From NCBI GenBank assembly GCA_963727445.1, contig CAVSGI010000012.1:96001-160000 (forward strand): DNA of 64,000 bases. Direction: 5' to 3'. Position 1 is the first letter of the stretch. Each line of letters begins with the position of its first letter. The translations under genes and the position numbers were made by a program. Positions 40,783-50,470 of the stretch are shown here, piece by piece. Origin of the DNA: an uncultured delta proteobacterium. Its GTDB lineage: Bacteria; Myxococcota_A; Polyangia; Polyangiales; B10-G4. The notes beneath the pieces are model-generated. The model did no database searches. It had not been told where the DNA came from and saw nothing but the letters and a program-made list of their open reading frames with translations.

Positions 40783-42012
40783 ATGCCGCGCTACCCCGAT
40801 CCGGAGGACTGCGAGTGGCTCCTCGAAGAGCTGGCGGTCGTGCTCGAGCGACTCGGACCGGAGCTCTTCCTCTCGAACCCGATCGTGGAGCCGTCGTCGT
40901 TCTTCTTTCCGGATGCCTACACGACGGAGGCAGGCGCCGTTCGGGCCGTGGCGCGGCGTCTCTCGTGGTGGGCGGGGCGCGAGCTGGAGATCGAAATCGA
41001 CATGGACCACGCGCCCGACCCCGTGAGCCATGTCCAGCTCTGGCGAATCGGTGCGCAGCCGGCGAGGAACGGGCGCGTGCTGATCGAGGTCGGCGAGGTG
41101 GGACGTGCGGAACACCTGGCCGGGGCGCTCGCCCATGTCGTCGCGGGCGCGGTCCGGAGCCTCGAAGGTCTCGACACTTCCGGCTCCACGCCCTATCGCG
41201 GCGGCGGCGAGCAGAACGACGAGGAGCTCGAGCTGCAGCTCTCCAGCCTCACCACTGTGGTGCTCGGCTTCGGGCTCCTCGCGCTCGGCGCCGCAGAGCG
41301 CGTGCACACCGGCGGAGCGGTGCAGGGCAACTGGCACAGCTACGAGGTCGCCACGGAGCGACACGGCGCGCTCTCACCGGCCGACCTCGCCTATCTCCTC
41401 GCGGTTCAGCTGGTGGTGCGCGAGTACGACCCCAGAGAGGTGAAGCGGCTCGCGTCCCACGTCCCGGCCAACGCGCGGAAGCTTCTCCGCGACTGGTTCG
41501 CCGAGCTGGCGCCCCGGCGCGTCGCGCTGCTCGAAGCGCTGAGGCTCCCCGACGCCTCGACCTGGCCGCCCGAAGACTCCCCGACGGAGCCGCCCGAGCC
41601 TTTTGCGGTGGAGCCGCCGACCGACCTCGCGCGTCCGGAGCGGGAGAAGCGAAACTGGCGGCGCGTGGTCTTTCGCGTGCGCGAACATCGGGCTCTGAGC
41701 ATGGCGACGCTGGGCGCGCTCGCCGGCGTGATGGGCTCGATGGCGATGCGTTTGCCCCCTCTCTACCTCGTCCTCTTCAGCACCGGCACGCTCATCACGG
41801 GCTACGCGCTCGGTCGCCGGCTCGGTCGCGACATCTGCTCCGACCCCACCTGTCGCCACATCCTCGAGCCCGTCCAGGAGCGCTGCCCCTCCTGCGGTGG
41901 GTACATCGCCGGGCACATCTCGAGCGCGAGCAAGCGGCTCGAGGCCGAGGAGACGCTGCCCACGACCTTCTTCATCGAGCACGAGCTCGACCCGCCCGTG
42001 GACAGGGATTGA
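40783..42012 (+). CDS. Hypothetical membrane protein with C-terminal zinc ribbon
   Basis: Two TM helices, then CSDPTC..CPSCG; clean high-GC ORF. Confidence 0.7.
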   Translation: MPRYPDPEDCEWLLEELAVVLERLGPELFLSNPIVEPSSFFFPDAYTTEAGAVRAVARRLSWWAGRELEIEIDMDHAPDPVSHVQLWRIGAQPARNGRVLIEVGEVGRAEHLAGALAHVVAGAVRSLEGLDTSGSTPYRGGGEQNDEELELQLSSLTTVVLGFGLLALGAAERVHTGGAVQGNWHSYEVATERHGALSPADLAYLLAVQLVVREYDPREVKRLASHVPANARKLLRDWFAELAPRRVALLEALRLPDASTWPPEDSPTEPPEPFAVEPPTDLARPEREKRNWRRVVFRVREHRALSMATLGALAGVMGSMAMRLPPLYLVLFSTGTLITGYALGRRLGRDICSDPTCRHILEPVQERCPSCGGYIAGHISSASKRLEAEETLPTTFFIEHELDPPVDRD

Positions 42013-42019
42013 CCGCCCG

Positions 42020-43045
42020 TCAGTGGCTGCCGCCGAAGTCCTGGGTGCCGCGGGTGCTCGAGGCGTTCCCGGCCCAGCCGACGCCGATGACGTGATAGTC
42101 GGGGTTCATGATGTTCTCGCAGTGACCGTCGGTGCTGGCCATCCACGAGGCGACGGCCGACGCGGCGTCGGTGGCGTCCTCGATGATGTTTTCGCCGAGC
42201 GGCCCGGCACCCATCCAGCCGGCATCGGCCACGCGATCCTGCAAGACGCGGCCATCCTGGCTGATGTGCGAGAAGTATCCGTTCGTGAGCATGTCGTCGG
42301 AGTGCAGGCGCGCCGCGAGGCGAAGCGCCTCGTCCATCTCGAGGGGCGGCGCCGGGGGCTGCTCCCCGCTGACACAGGTGGCGCCGGCGGCGCGGTGCAT
42401 GTTGACCAGGTCGAGGATCTGCCACTCGATGTCCGCGAATTCCGTGGGCCACGAGTCGGGGCCGCGGCAGCTGGGCCCGAAGCAATCGGGATCGTCGCAG
42501 TCGGTGAGACCGTCGCCGTCCTCGTCGTTCCCGTCATCGCAGACCTTCTCGGTGCCGTGAATGCTCAGGCGAAAGGCGCCGACCGCGTCCACCGACGGGC
42601 CGTCGACGACGATGGTGATCGTCTCGCACGCGGCGAGGGCGATCTCGATCTCCGAATGGGTGGTGCCCTCGGCTGCGTCGTCGTTGCATGCGAAGTCCCG
42701 GCCGAAGCAGGTGTTGCGCAAGGACAGGAAGGTGTCGATGGTCGAGCCTTCGGTGCTGAAGAAGTAGGTGTCGGCGCTCGGCGCCGTCCAGCGGAAGCCG
42801 ATGTCTTCGATGGTGTCGCCGCCGAGCCCGCAGCTCGCACCGCCGAAGGTGTCTTCTCGTCCCGCGGTCGTGCCGCTGATGGCGAAGGGCAGCGTCGAGC
42901 CGATGTCCTGCGCGCACGGCGAAGGATCGAGCGCGGGGCACTCCGGAGGCGGCGGCGTGATGGTGGGCTCGTCCGCGCCGCAGGCCCCGAGGGCGAGCGA
43001 GAGCAACGCGGCGGCGAGGGGGGAGGACCGAGCCATCCGGCGCAT
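42020..43045 (-). CDS. CAP/SCP-domain lipoprotein with PPC-like domain
   Basis: ILDLVNMHRAAG, AARLHSDDM, YFSH, GENI, WMAS..GHCENIMNP; CDDGNDEDGDGLTDCDDPDC. Confidence 0.88.
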   Translation of the reverse strand: MRRMARSSPLAAALLSLALGACGADEPTITPPPPECPALDPSPCAQDIGSTLPFAISGTTAGREDTFGGASCGLGGDTIEDIGFRWTAPSADTYFFSTEGSTIDTFLSLRNTCFGRDFACNDDAAEGTTHSEIEIALAACETITIVVDGPSVDAVGAFRLSIHGTEKVCDDGNDEDGDGLTDCDDPDCFGPSCRGPDSWPTEFADIEWQILDLVNMHRAAGATCVSGEQPPAPPLEMDEALRLAARLHSDDMLTNGYFSHISQDGRVLQDRVADAGWMGAGPLGENIIEDATDAASAVASWMASTDGHCENIMNPDYHVIGVGWAGNASSTRGTQDFGGSH

Positions 43046-43081
43046 CGTGACCGCTGTCGAGGTGGGCTTCAAGGCGGTCGC

Positions 43082-44065
43082 TCAGGGAGCCCGTGAAGCG
43101 ACGCGGGAGTCCATGCTGCTCTGCCGCATGGCGGTGCGCTGGCGGCTGCGCATCCGGGCTCGCATCGCGTGCCTGCGCGTCCTGGCGCGGCGCCGCCGAC
43201 TCCGCCTGCGGGCACGGGGCGGGGTGTGTTCACGCCACTCGGTGAGGCGCTTTTCCACCTCTTCGTCGGTGGTGAAGACCCAGGGATGGAAAGGCGGGGC
43301 GTCGATGCACCGGGGGCGGTCGTCCATCGGACAATAGATCCGCACGTGAAAGTGACTGGTGTGCGAGGCGCTGCCGCTCCGACTCGCGCTCAGCTCCATG
43401 AAGCGCTCGAGGAGCGCTTCGTCGACGCCGGCGTGGCGTGCGTACCGGATGAGCATTCGCCGAACGAAGCCGTTGACCAGGATGAACTGCACGTCGATGC
43501 GCTCGTCCTCGATGATCGACGCGACCAGCCGCCAGTTCCGGCCGTGATCGAACTCGTAGTGGTGGCCGTGCTGGTCGCGCCCGTGTCCTGCGCGCGTCAG
43601 GTTGATGAATCGGTCGACCACCACGCGCTCGTGCGTCTCGGCATCCTTCAGATAGAAGCCGAGGTCGACGTCGCGGCCCGCGCGATGCGACGCGTGGGGA
43701 TGAGCGCGGCCTCCGTGGCGACGCGACAGATCGCCCACCGTGAGGCGCGAGCCCGGGAACTCCTCCGCCACCTGGTCTGCGGCGTGCTCGATCATCGCCA
43801 CCAGCTCGGCCGTACCCCAGCGGGTGTCCGTGCTGCCCTCCTTCACGAAGAGTGAATCCGTGTCTTCGAGCTCGGCGGCGTGCGCGACGCTGCCTGCGTT
43901 GGTGAGCCCGACCGAGACGCTACGCGTCGGGTCGCCACGGGAGGTGGGGAGCGCCGCGTGCGCTTCGCCGGCACCGGGCGCGTCCGAGGTCTCGTCCTGC
44001 GCTGCCGCGGACCCCGAGGCCGAGATCGCGAGAAGGACGAAAATGATCAGCGCAGCGCGAGACAT
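43082..44065 (-). CDS. mepA: Penicillin-insensitive murein endopeptidase (MepA/M74-like)
   Basis: WGT.ELV, VGDLS..HGG, HASHRAGRDVD, HTSHFHVRIYC; signal peptide. Confidence 0.85.
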   Translation of the reverse strand: MSRAALIIFVLLAISASGSAAAQDETSDAPGAGEAHAALPTSRGDPTRSVSVGLTNAGSVAHAAELEDTDSLFVKEGSTDTRWGTAELVAMIEHAADQVAEEFPGSRLTVGDLSRRHGGRAHPHASHRAGRDVDLGFYLKDAETHERVVVDRFINLTRAGHGRDQHGHHYEFDHGRNWRLVASIIEDERIDVQFILVNGFVRRMLIRYARHAGVDEALLERFMELSASRSGSASHTSHFHVRIYCPMDDRPRCIDAPPFHPWVFTTDEEVEKRLTEWREHTPPRARRRSRRRRARTRRHAMRARMRSRQRTAMRQSSMDSRVASRAP

Positions 44066-44141
44066 CCGCTAGGCCGATCTTGATGGGCATCGGGCCTCGG
44101 TCGCAAGCCTCGAACGAATCGCGCAACGAATCGCGCAAGAT

Positions 44142-44594
44142 TCAGGACGGACAGCGCTGATCGACGCGATCCCGCGCCGTTTCGCAGCGCTCTCGTCCGT
44201 CGTCGCACTGGCTCCCGACGTCTTCGTGCTCGGGGTTTTCCTCCGCGATCCCACAGATCCGATCTGCGAGATCGCAGATCGCGTCGCGAAGCTCGAAGGC
44301 CCGGCCGCAGTTCGGGGACGCGAGCTGCATCGCGTCGTCGAGATCGGTGTTCAGCTGCGTCACCTCGTCCTCGTATCCGTCGACCGTGTCCTGCTCCTGC
44401 GGGCCGAGTGGGGCGGCGATCATCTCGCCTCCTTCGGCCCCGCCCGATTCCTCGGCGGTGTAGTCGCCACCCGAGGTGTCGTCGGTCGCCGCGCTCTCCC
44501 CGGCGGTGGATGGGGTTGCGGCCCCGCCGCAGCCCGACAGCGCGAGCAGCAGGCCGACGGTGGCACCGTGCCATGAGTGGCTTCGTTTCGTCAT
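44142..44594 (-). CDS. Small lipoprotein with Cys-containing helical domain
   Basis: Lipobox LSGC; ICDLADRICGIA..QC..RC. Confidence 0.75.
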   Translation of the reverse strand: MTKRSHSWHGATVGLLLALSGCGGAATPSTAGESAATDDTSGGDYTAEESGGAEGGEMIAAPLGPQEQDTVDGYEDEVTQLNTDLDDAMQLASPNCGRAFELRDAICDLADRICGIAEENPEHEDVGSQCDDGRERCETARDRVDQRCPS

Positions 44595-44607
44595 CGGTCG
44601 TCTCCCA

Positions 44608-45081
44608 TCACTCGTTCCCGAGCGCTTCGTCGAGAAGCTTGTCGTTGATCTCCAGCGCATCGAAATAATCTCCAGCGGCTTCTCTCGGTCGGTCCAGCGC
44701 CTCGCGTGCCTTGGCGCGTGCGACGAGGAGGTTCGCGGTGAAGACATCGTCCGCGCGCCCGAGATTCAATCCTTCGTCCGCGCGATCGGCGGCGGCCGCC
44801 GCGTCTCCCGCGGAGAGCTCCACCGTCGAGAGCCGATAGAGCAAATCCTGTCTCACCACGCGTACATCATCGGCCGCGACCGAATCCGGCGCGGGTCGGT
44901 CCACTGCCCGGCGAAGCACCCGGCGTGCCTCGTCCCAGTCTTCGCGGGTGATCGCCTGGTCGGCAGCGGCGTTCGCCGCGGCTGCGCCTTCGATCCACGT
45001 CCCGGCCTGATCGCCGCACCCCACGAGCGCGACAACCAGGAAGAACGCAGCGGCGAAGGCGCGCAGATTCACGAAAGGCAC
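44608..45081 (-). CDS. TPR-like lipoprotein
   Basis: Lipobox LVGC; helical TPR-like pattern. Confidence 0.7.
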   Translation of the reverse strand: MPFVNLRAFAAAFFLVVALVGCGDQAGTWIEGAAAANAAADQAITREDWDEARRVLRRAVDRPAPDSVAADDVRVVRQDLLYRLSTVELSAGDAAAAADRADEGLNLGRADDVFTANLLVARAKAREALDRPREAAGDYFDALEINDKLLDEALGNE

Positions 45082-45181
45082 TCCCAGCTCAGGCCCACTG
45101 CGCTCCCGGCCGCGCGCCGCGCCGCCATGGGGCGCTCTGCCCGAGCGTCCGCTCCGCAGTCCCGAGCTTTCTCCTGACCGC

Positions 45182-45685
45182 TCACCGTTCGTACCTCTGT
45201 GAAAGCGAGCTCAACATCACCTGGCGGTAGTCGCCCATCGCGCTGGCGAGGGCGCCGTCTGCGCCCTCGGTCTGGCTGGCGACCTGGGCCTGTGCGGTGA
45301 GCAGGGCGACGTCTGGTGGCGGCAGGCGGGTCGCCACCGGAGCCGGCCCCTGGCTCATCATCACCAGCGCGAAGGCGCTGGCGGCAGCCAGGGCACCGAC
45401 TGGGACCAGCCACCTGAGCCAGGAGAGCCAGAGCGAAGGGGCTTCCTCCTTCTCCGGCTGCTTCGCATTGTCGAAGACGTCGTCGAGGATGGCGTCCATG
45501 CGCGCCTCGCCGAGCTCGTCCTCACCCGCCGAGTACCGCAGCAGCGCCGCGGTTTCGAGCGCGTCCTCGGGCAGGTCGGTCCCCGAGCCGCGCTCGAGTG
45601 CCCGCATCAGCGCTTCGGCTTCGGCGAGCTCCTCCTCGCTCATCTCGTCTTCGGCGACGTCTTCTTTCATTTCGTCTTCGTCCAT
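45182..45685 (-). CDS. Putative single-pass anti-sigma factor
   Basis: Directly downstream of the ECF sigma; acidic N-terminus, one TM helix, short exported tail. Confidence 0.6.
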   Translation of the reverse strand: MDEDEMKEDVAEDEMSEEELAEAEALMRALERGSGTDLPEDALETAALLRYSAGEDELGEARMDAILDDVFDNAKQPEKEEAPSLWLSWLRWLVPVGALAAASAFALVMMSQGPAPVATRLPPPDVALLTAQAQVASQTEGADGALASAMGDYRQVMLSSLSQRYER

Positions 45686-45692
45686 CGTCGTA

Positions 45693-46310
45693 TCAGGAGA
45701 TTTCCGGCGCGGCACCCACGCTTCGCTCCCACTCCTTTCGGAAGGCCCTCAAGGCCCGGAGGATGAGCACGTCGAAGGTCCCGAGCTTGACCTCGAGCTC
45801 GTCGGCGCACTCCTGCCTCGGTCTGTCTTCGAGGAAGCGTAGCTCGATCGCGCGACGGTATCTCGGGTTGAGGCGCTCCATCGTTTCCTTCACGGCTCGT
45901 CCCAGACGTTCGGTCTCGACATCGGAAAAGGCCTCCTCGTCCGGTCGCTCGGGGCCCTTGCGCAGCGGGTCGAGGAGCGACTTGAAGCTGACGAGCGCCC
46001 GCTGCGTACGTCCCTTGACCCGGTGCATGTCCGTCGCCTTGTTCACCGCGATCCTCGCCAGCCAGTACCACACGCTCTTGCCTTGGTCTTCGTATCGGTC
46101 GATGCGTTCGAGGAAGGTGCGGAAGGTCTCGGAGAGCGCGTCTTCGGCCGCCTGCCGATTGCCGAGGCGAGGCATGAGGACGCGGCGAAAGAGCTCGGGC
46201 GCGTAGCGACGGTAGAGCTCAGCGAACGCCTTCCGGTCCCCCTTGCGCGCCGCCGCGATCTGGCGGCGCTCCCAGGCGAGATTGTCCGGATCGTTCCAAG
46301 GGGATTCCAC
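45693..46310 (-). CDS. ECF (sigma-70 family group IV) sigma factor
   Basis: GDRKAFAELYRRY, AEDALSETF, WLARIAVN, LNPRYRRAIELRFLE..QECADEL..LGT. Confidence 0.92.
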   Translation of the reverse strand: MESPWNDPDNLAWERRQIAAARKGDRKAFAELYRRYAPELFRRVLMPRLGNRQAAEDALSETFRTFLERIDRYEDQGKSVWYWLARIAVNKATDMHRVKGRTQRALVSFKSLLDPLRKGPERPDEEAFSDVETERLGRAVKETMERLNPRYRRAIELRFLEDRPRQECADELEVKLGTFDVLILRALRAFRKEWERSVGAAPEIS

Positions 46311-46422
46311 GCGGGCGCGACCATCGCCACCTCTGGCCCGAGCGTCAACTGATTGCGGCTCCGGCCTGTTGGGTTGGAGTACATCGGAGGGCCCCTGGAC
46401 ATTCCCACTGCTTCGCGGGCGC

Positions 46423-47817
46423 CTACTGACGATAGGGCCCGAAGACGCCCGGCTCGTGCATGCCTTCGCCCCGCAGGTCGCTGATGACCAGGCGGGTGAG
46501 CATGTCGGCGAAGTACTCCACGGCGACGCGATCGGTGTCCGCCTCCTGATGGTGGTTGCCGATGCCGGAGTCGTCCGTGAGGTAGACGTAGGGGGTCGAG
46601 GTCACCGAGCCCATCGCCCGGAAGAGGTACTCGACCTTGCGGTCGGCGCCGCTCGCCGCCACCGGCAGGATACGGATGCCGCGCGCCGTCGCCTCGTTCA
46701 TCGCCGTGCGGTAGTCGTACTGGGTGTCGCCGTAGCGCTTGGGCGGCGCGTCCGCGATGAGGACCAGGACGCGGTCCGCGTTGCCGGTGGACCAGCTCAG
46801 GCGGTTCAGCGAGGCTTGCAGGCCGGAGTTCATGTCCTCCGGGTAGTCTCCGCCGCCGCTGGCGCTCACGGAGCGCATCGCGTGGGCAAAGCTCTGGACG
46901 TCCTCGGTGAAGGCGATCTGCTGCACCACGTTCTGGTCGGTGCGGTCGCGGTAGAAGGTCGCGGCGACACGGATGCGCGCCTCCGGCGCGGCCTGACGGA
47001 TGCGCGCGACGATGTCGTTGACCTCGGAGTTCACGTAGCGGAGCTCGTCTTCCATGGAGCCGGTGACATCGATGGCAAAGGCGAGGTCGAGGGCGGCGGG
47101 CATCACGGTGGTGGTGCCGTCGAGGCGGAGGAGGATCTCACCGCCGTCGCCCTGGGAAGGCACGTCGAAAGCGATGTGACGGCTCATCTGCCCCGCGGTG
47201 AGCTGGGCGCTGGCGCGGCCGGCGAAGCCGGGGAGGCTCACGCCCGGATGGAAGTCCCAGATGCCGTCGGCGTGGGTGCGGCCCGTGGCGGTGCGATTGC
47301 CCAGCGTGATGTCGATCTGCGCGTCGTTCACCGGACGGCCGTGACCGTCGACGACGCGGAAGCGAACGCGGCGGCTGGTGTCGAGGCCGAGCTCGGCCCC
47401 GAAGTGCGCCTGCCGGGAGAGGAAGTCGAGGTAGTTGTCGCGGCGATCGGCGTCACCAACCGACGCCGCGGTGAGGAGCGTCTGCTGCTGTCGATAGGGC
47501 TCGGGATCGCGCGCGACGGTCACCTCGGTGACTGTCTCCACCGTCACCGTGGTGGTGGAGGTGGTGGACACGGCGGATGCGCCAGGGGCGGGCGCCGCGG
47601 CTTCGGCGACGCTTTCACCGCCCTCGGCGTAGCCCGCGTAGTCGCCCCCGGTCGTGTCGTCGCTGGCGGTGCCATATCCCACGGTGGAGACCCCCCCGCC
47701 CCCGTACTCGGACGTAGCGACCTCTTCGGTCACGTGACTGCCCCCAGCGGCGTAGGAGGCTCCTCCCCCGCAAGCCGTGGTCAGACTCACCAGAATCGCA
47801 ATCATTTTCGTACGCAT
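46423..47817 (-). CDS. vWA-domain lipoprotein
   Basis: MIDAS DVTGSM, YRD, GGGDYPE, LIADAPP; lipobox TTAC. Confidence 0.9.
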   Translation of the reverse strand: MRTKMIAILVSLTTACGGGASYAAGGSHVTEEVATSEYGGGGVSTVGYGTASDDTTGGDYAGYAEGGESVAEAAAPAPGASAVSTTSTTTVTVETVTEVTVARDPEPYRQQQTLLTAASVGDADRRDNYLDFLSRQAHFGAELGLDTSRRVRFRVVDGHGRPVNDAQIDITLGNRTATGRTHADGIWDFHPGVSLPGFAGRASAQLTAGQMSRHIAFDVPSQGDGGEILLRLDGTTTVMPAALDLAFAIDVTGSMEDELRYVNSEVNDIVARIRQAAPEARIRVAATFYRDRTDQNVVQQIAFTEDVQSFAHAMRSVSASGGGDYPEDMNSGLQASLNRLSWSTGNADRVLVLIADAPPKRYGDTQYDYRTAMNEATARGIRILPVAASGADRKVEYLFRAMGSVTSTPYVYLTDDSGIGNHHQEADTDRVAVEYFADMLTRLVISDLRGEGMHEPGVFGPYRQ

Positions 47818-47907
47818 CGCCGCAACCTCCGTCCGTTTGGGAGGTAACGCGGCGGGGGGCTGGCGCTTACACCCCCAGCAATGCGACACAGCCACCGGGA
47901 GGGAAAT

Positions 47908-48813
47908 GTGAGACGACACCTGACTCTGATGCTGAGCGCGCTCCTCTTGGGCGCCATTTTCGTGGGATGCGGCGACGACGATGAGGAGACGCCGGCGGAC
48001 CCGGCGCTCGAGGCCCCCGAGGCCCCCGCCGAGACCCCCAGCCAGCGCACCTTCACCATCGACCGCGACTCCACCAACCTCGACTTCATCATGATGGCGC
48101 CCCTCGAGAACATCCACGGGGTGGCCAACGACTCGATGGAGGGTGACCTCTACGTGAACCTCGCGGACGTCACGCAGAGCCGCGGTCTCGTGAAGATCGA
48201 CATCGACGGCCTCGAGATCTTTCAGCAGAAGCGCGAAGACGAAGGCGCGGCGTTCGGTGCAGAGGTGAAGAACGACACTCAGAACGAGCACACGCGCACC
48301 TGGTTCCAGATTTCAGAGGACGCCCCCGAGGACGTGCGCGAGGCGAATCGTTGGGCTCAGTTCAACGTGACGAGCGTCGACGACGTGTCGAACGCGAACG
48401 TTCTGGAGATGGACGGAAACGAGAGGACCGTCACCGCGACGCTCCACGGCGACTTCCACCTGCACGGCCACACCACGCAGAAGTCCGCCACCGTGCAGCT
48501 CACCTTCAACTTCGAAGGCGACGAGCCCCGGTCGATGCACGTGCAGACGACGTCTCCGATCTCCATCGGCCTCGCCGAGCACGACATCCGCCCGCGCTCG
48601 GCCTTCGGCACCCTGGCCCAGGCCACGCTCGGTTCTCTCGGTCAGAAGGTCGCCGAGGCCGCGCCAATCAACTTCGAGGTCATCGCCAACGCCGGCGAGC
48701 CACTCGAGACCATGCCACCCTGCGAGATCGCCACGTCCGAGGCGGCGACCGCTGCGTGCGGCCTCGGTGTCGACGAGCCACCCGGCGAGGGCGGGATCCC
48801 GCCGGCGGAGTGA
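47908..48813 (+). CDS. YceI-like lipoprotein
   Basis: Lipobox FVGC; APLENIHG, GDFHLHGHT. Confidence 0.72.
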   Translation: MRRHLTLMLSALLLGAIFVGCGDDDEETPADPALEAPEAPAETPSQRTFTIDRDSTNLDFIMMAPLENIHGVANDSMEGDLYVNLADVTQSRGLVKIDIDGLEIFQQKREDEGAAFGAEVKNDTQNEHTRTWFQISEDAPEDVREANRWAQFNVTSVDDVSNANVLEMDGNERTVTATLHGDFHLHGHTTQKSATVQLTFNFEGDEPRSMHVQTTSPISIGLAEHDIRPRSAFGTLAQATLGSLGQKVAEAAPINFEVIANAGEPLETMPPCEIATSEAATAACGLGVDEPPGEGGIPPAE

Positions 48814-48930
48814 GAGCCGCGAGCCCCGGGTCGGGTCGTAGATCGTGCTGCCCGATTCGACGACGCCGCGGCGCTCGGCCTCTTGGCGCCGCGAGCCGTT
48901 GCCAACCCTCGCTGGGTGTGTGTGACCAGT

Positions 48931-49037
48931 CCAGTGGCCACTCGGCGTCGACGCGCTCGACCAGTAGCCACTGAGCTTTCGAACCATGCGGCGATCCTGC
49001 AGAGTTCCTGCATCGACGGCATGGCATGCCGGATGCA
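48931..49037 (+). promoter_or_regulatory. Sigma-54 promoter with paired upstream activator-like sites
   Basis: TGGCATGCCGGATGCA (49022-49037, GG-N10-GC); CCAGTGGCCACT at 48931 and CCAGTAGCCACT at 48961. Confidence 0.6.
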
Positions 49038-49049
49038 GCGCCGGCCTCC

Positions 49050-49985
49050 ATGAACCATCTTCACACGTTTGTGTCCGTCTCGAGCATCTGTGCACTGGCC
49101 TTCATGGGGTGCACGGCTGCGACGGACGTCTCCTCCAACTCTGCCGAGCTCGAAGCCGCTGGCGGGCACGGCGCGCCGGAGCCTCCGATGCTCGGGGCGC
49201 ACTACGCTCGTGGCGGCCACGGCCCACCCGGCGGAGGCGGCACCAGCAGCCCCAACCTCGTCTACGGGGGCGGCAAGATCATGACGAACGCCGTGATCCA
49301 GCCGATCTTCTGGGGCACGAGTTGGTCGGATCCCGGCTACGTCGGCGACAAGATCTCCGGTCTCGAGACGCTGTACGACCTCTACGCCGACAGCACCTAC
49401 GCCAACACCAACACCGAGTACACAGACAGCACCGGCAACGTGACCGCCTCCAGCATCACGGTGGAGGCCTCCATCGTCGATGGCAGCCCCGCGCCGAGGC
49501 GTGCGCCCAAGACATCCGAAATCCTCGCCGAGGTGTGCGCGCAAATCGCGGACCCGACTCCCGATGGCTACTACCCGGTGTACACGGACACGCCCCGCGG
49601 CCACGCTCAGTACTGCGCGTGGCACAGCTGGGGGCAGTGCAACGGCGTAGACGTGCAGTTCGGCTTCTTCTTCGACCTCGCGAACGACCCCGGATGCGAT
49701 GTCGATGACACGGCGAACACGAGTCACAGCGTCGAGCTGAGCTCGCTCGCAAACGTCACGGGCCACGAGCTGTCCGAGATGCTGACCGATCCCCGCGGTG
49801 ATGGCTGGGTCGACTCTTCCGGTTCGGAGAACTCCGACAAGTGTGCTTGGGTCTTCGACGAGCGCGCGGTGATGTCGGACGGATCCACCTGGAAGATCCA
49901 GGGGAACTGGTCGAACGCGGCCTACGACGCGGGCACGGGCTATCCCAACGGCGACGGCGACAACGGCTGCCTGTACAACAACTGA
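49050..49985 (+). CDS. Phosphate-induced protein 1 / EXORDIUM-like lipoprotein
   Basis: LVYGGG, IFWG, YCAWHS, HELSEMLTDP, ENSDKCAW, IQGNWSN; lipobox FMGC. Confidence 0.75.
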   Translation: MNHLHTFVSVSSICALAFMGCTAATDVSSNSAELEAAGGHGAPEPPMLGAHYARGGHGPPGGGGTSSPNLVYGGGKIMTNAVIQPIFWGTSWSDPGYVGDKISGLETLYDLYADSTYANTNTEYTDSTGNVTASSITVEASIVDGSPAPRRAPKTSEILAEVCAQIADPTPDGYYPVYTDTPRGHAQYCAWHSWGQCNGVDVQFGFFFDLANDPGCDVDDTANTSHSVELSSLANVTGHELSEMLTDPRGDGWVDSSGSENSDKCAWVFDERAVMSDGSTWKIQGNWSNAAYDAGTGYPNGDGDNGCLYNN

Positions 49986-50052
49986 TTGGGGCCGACGCGG
50001 GTTTGCACGAGCGTGGGGAATCACCGACCCGCGAAGAGCGTACAATGCTCTG

Positions 50053-50460
50053 ATGACGGATTTGCGCTCCTGGCTCGTGCCGACCCTCGCCGGGCCGTTC
50101 GCGACGATGTGGACCCTGACCATCCTGGCCCTGCTGCTCATCGGGCAGGGGGCGATCCGGATCTTCGGCTTCGACCTCGACACCTGGGCGATGGCGCTCT
50201 TCCTGTCGGGCGCGTTCGCCTCGGGGCTCTTCGTCTTCTTGGCCATCGCCGACGTGGTGCTACTTTCGACGAAGAGCCGCCGCCTTCCCACCGGCGGCGC
50301 CGCCTTCAAGTCCGCCGCCCTCGCCCCCTTCGCCTTCTGGGCCGTCTCCCTGTTGCCGGTTCCGGTGACCAGCCTCTTCGCCGCGGTCCTCTGGGCGGTC
50401 ACCGCCATGGCGCTCTCGGCCTTCGCCATCCGCTGGCTCCTGGGCAAGCCCGTCGACTGA
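50053..50460 (+). CDS. Small integral membrane protein
   Basis: About four hydrophobic segments in 135 aa. Confidence 0.7.
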   Translation: MTDLRSWLVPTLAGPFATMWTLTILALLLIGQGAIRIFGFDLDTWAMALFLSGAFASGLFVFLAIADVVLLSTKSRRLPTGGAAFKSAALAPFAFWAVSLLPVPVTSLFAAVLWAVTAMALSAFAIRWLLGKPVD

Positions 50461-50470
50461 GCAGGCCTCT

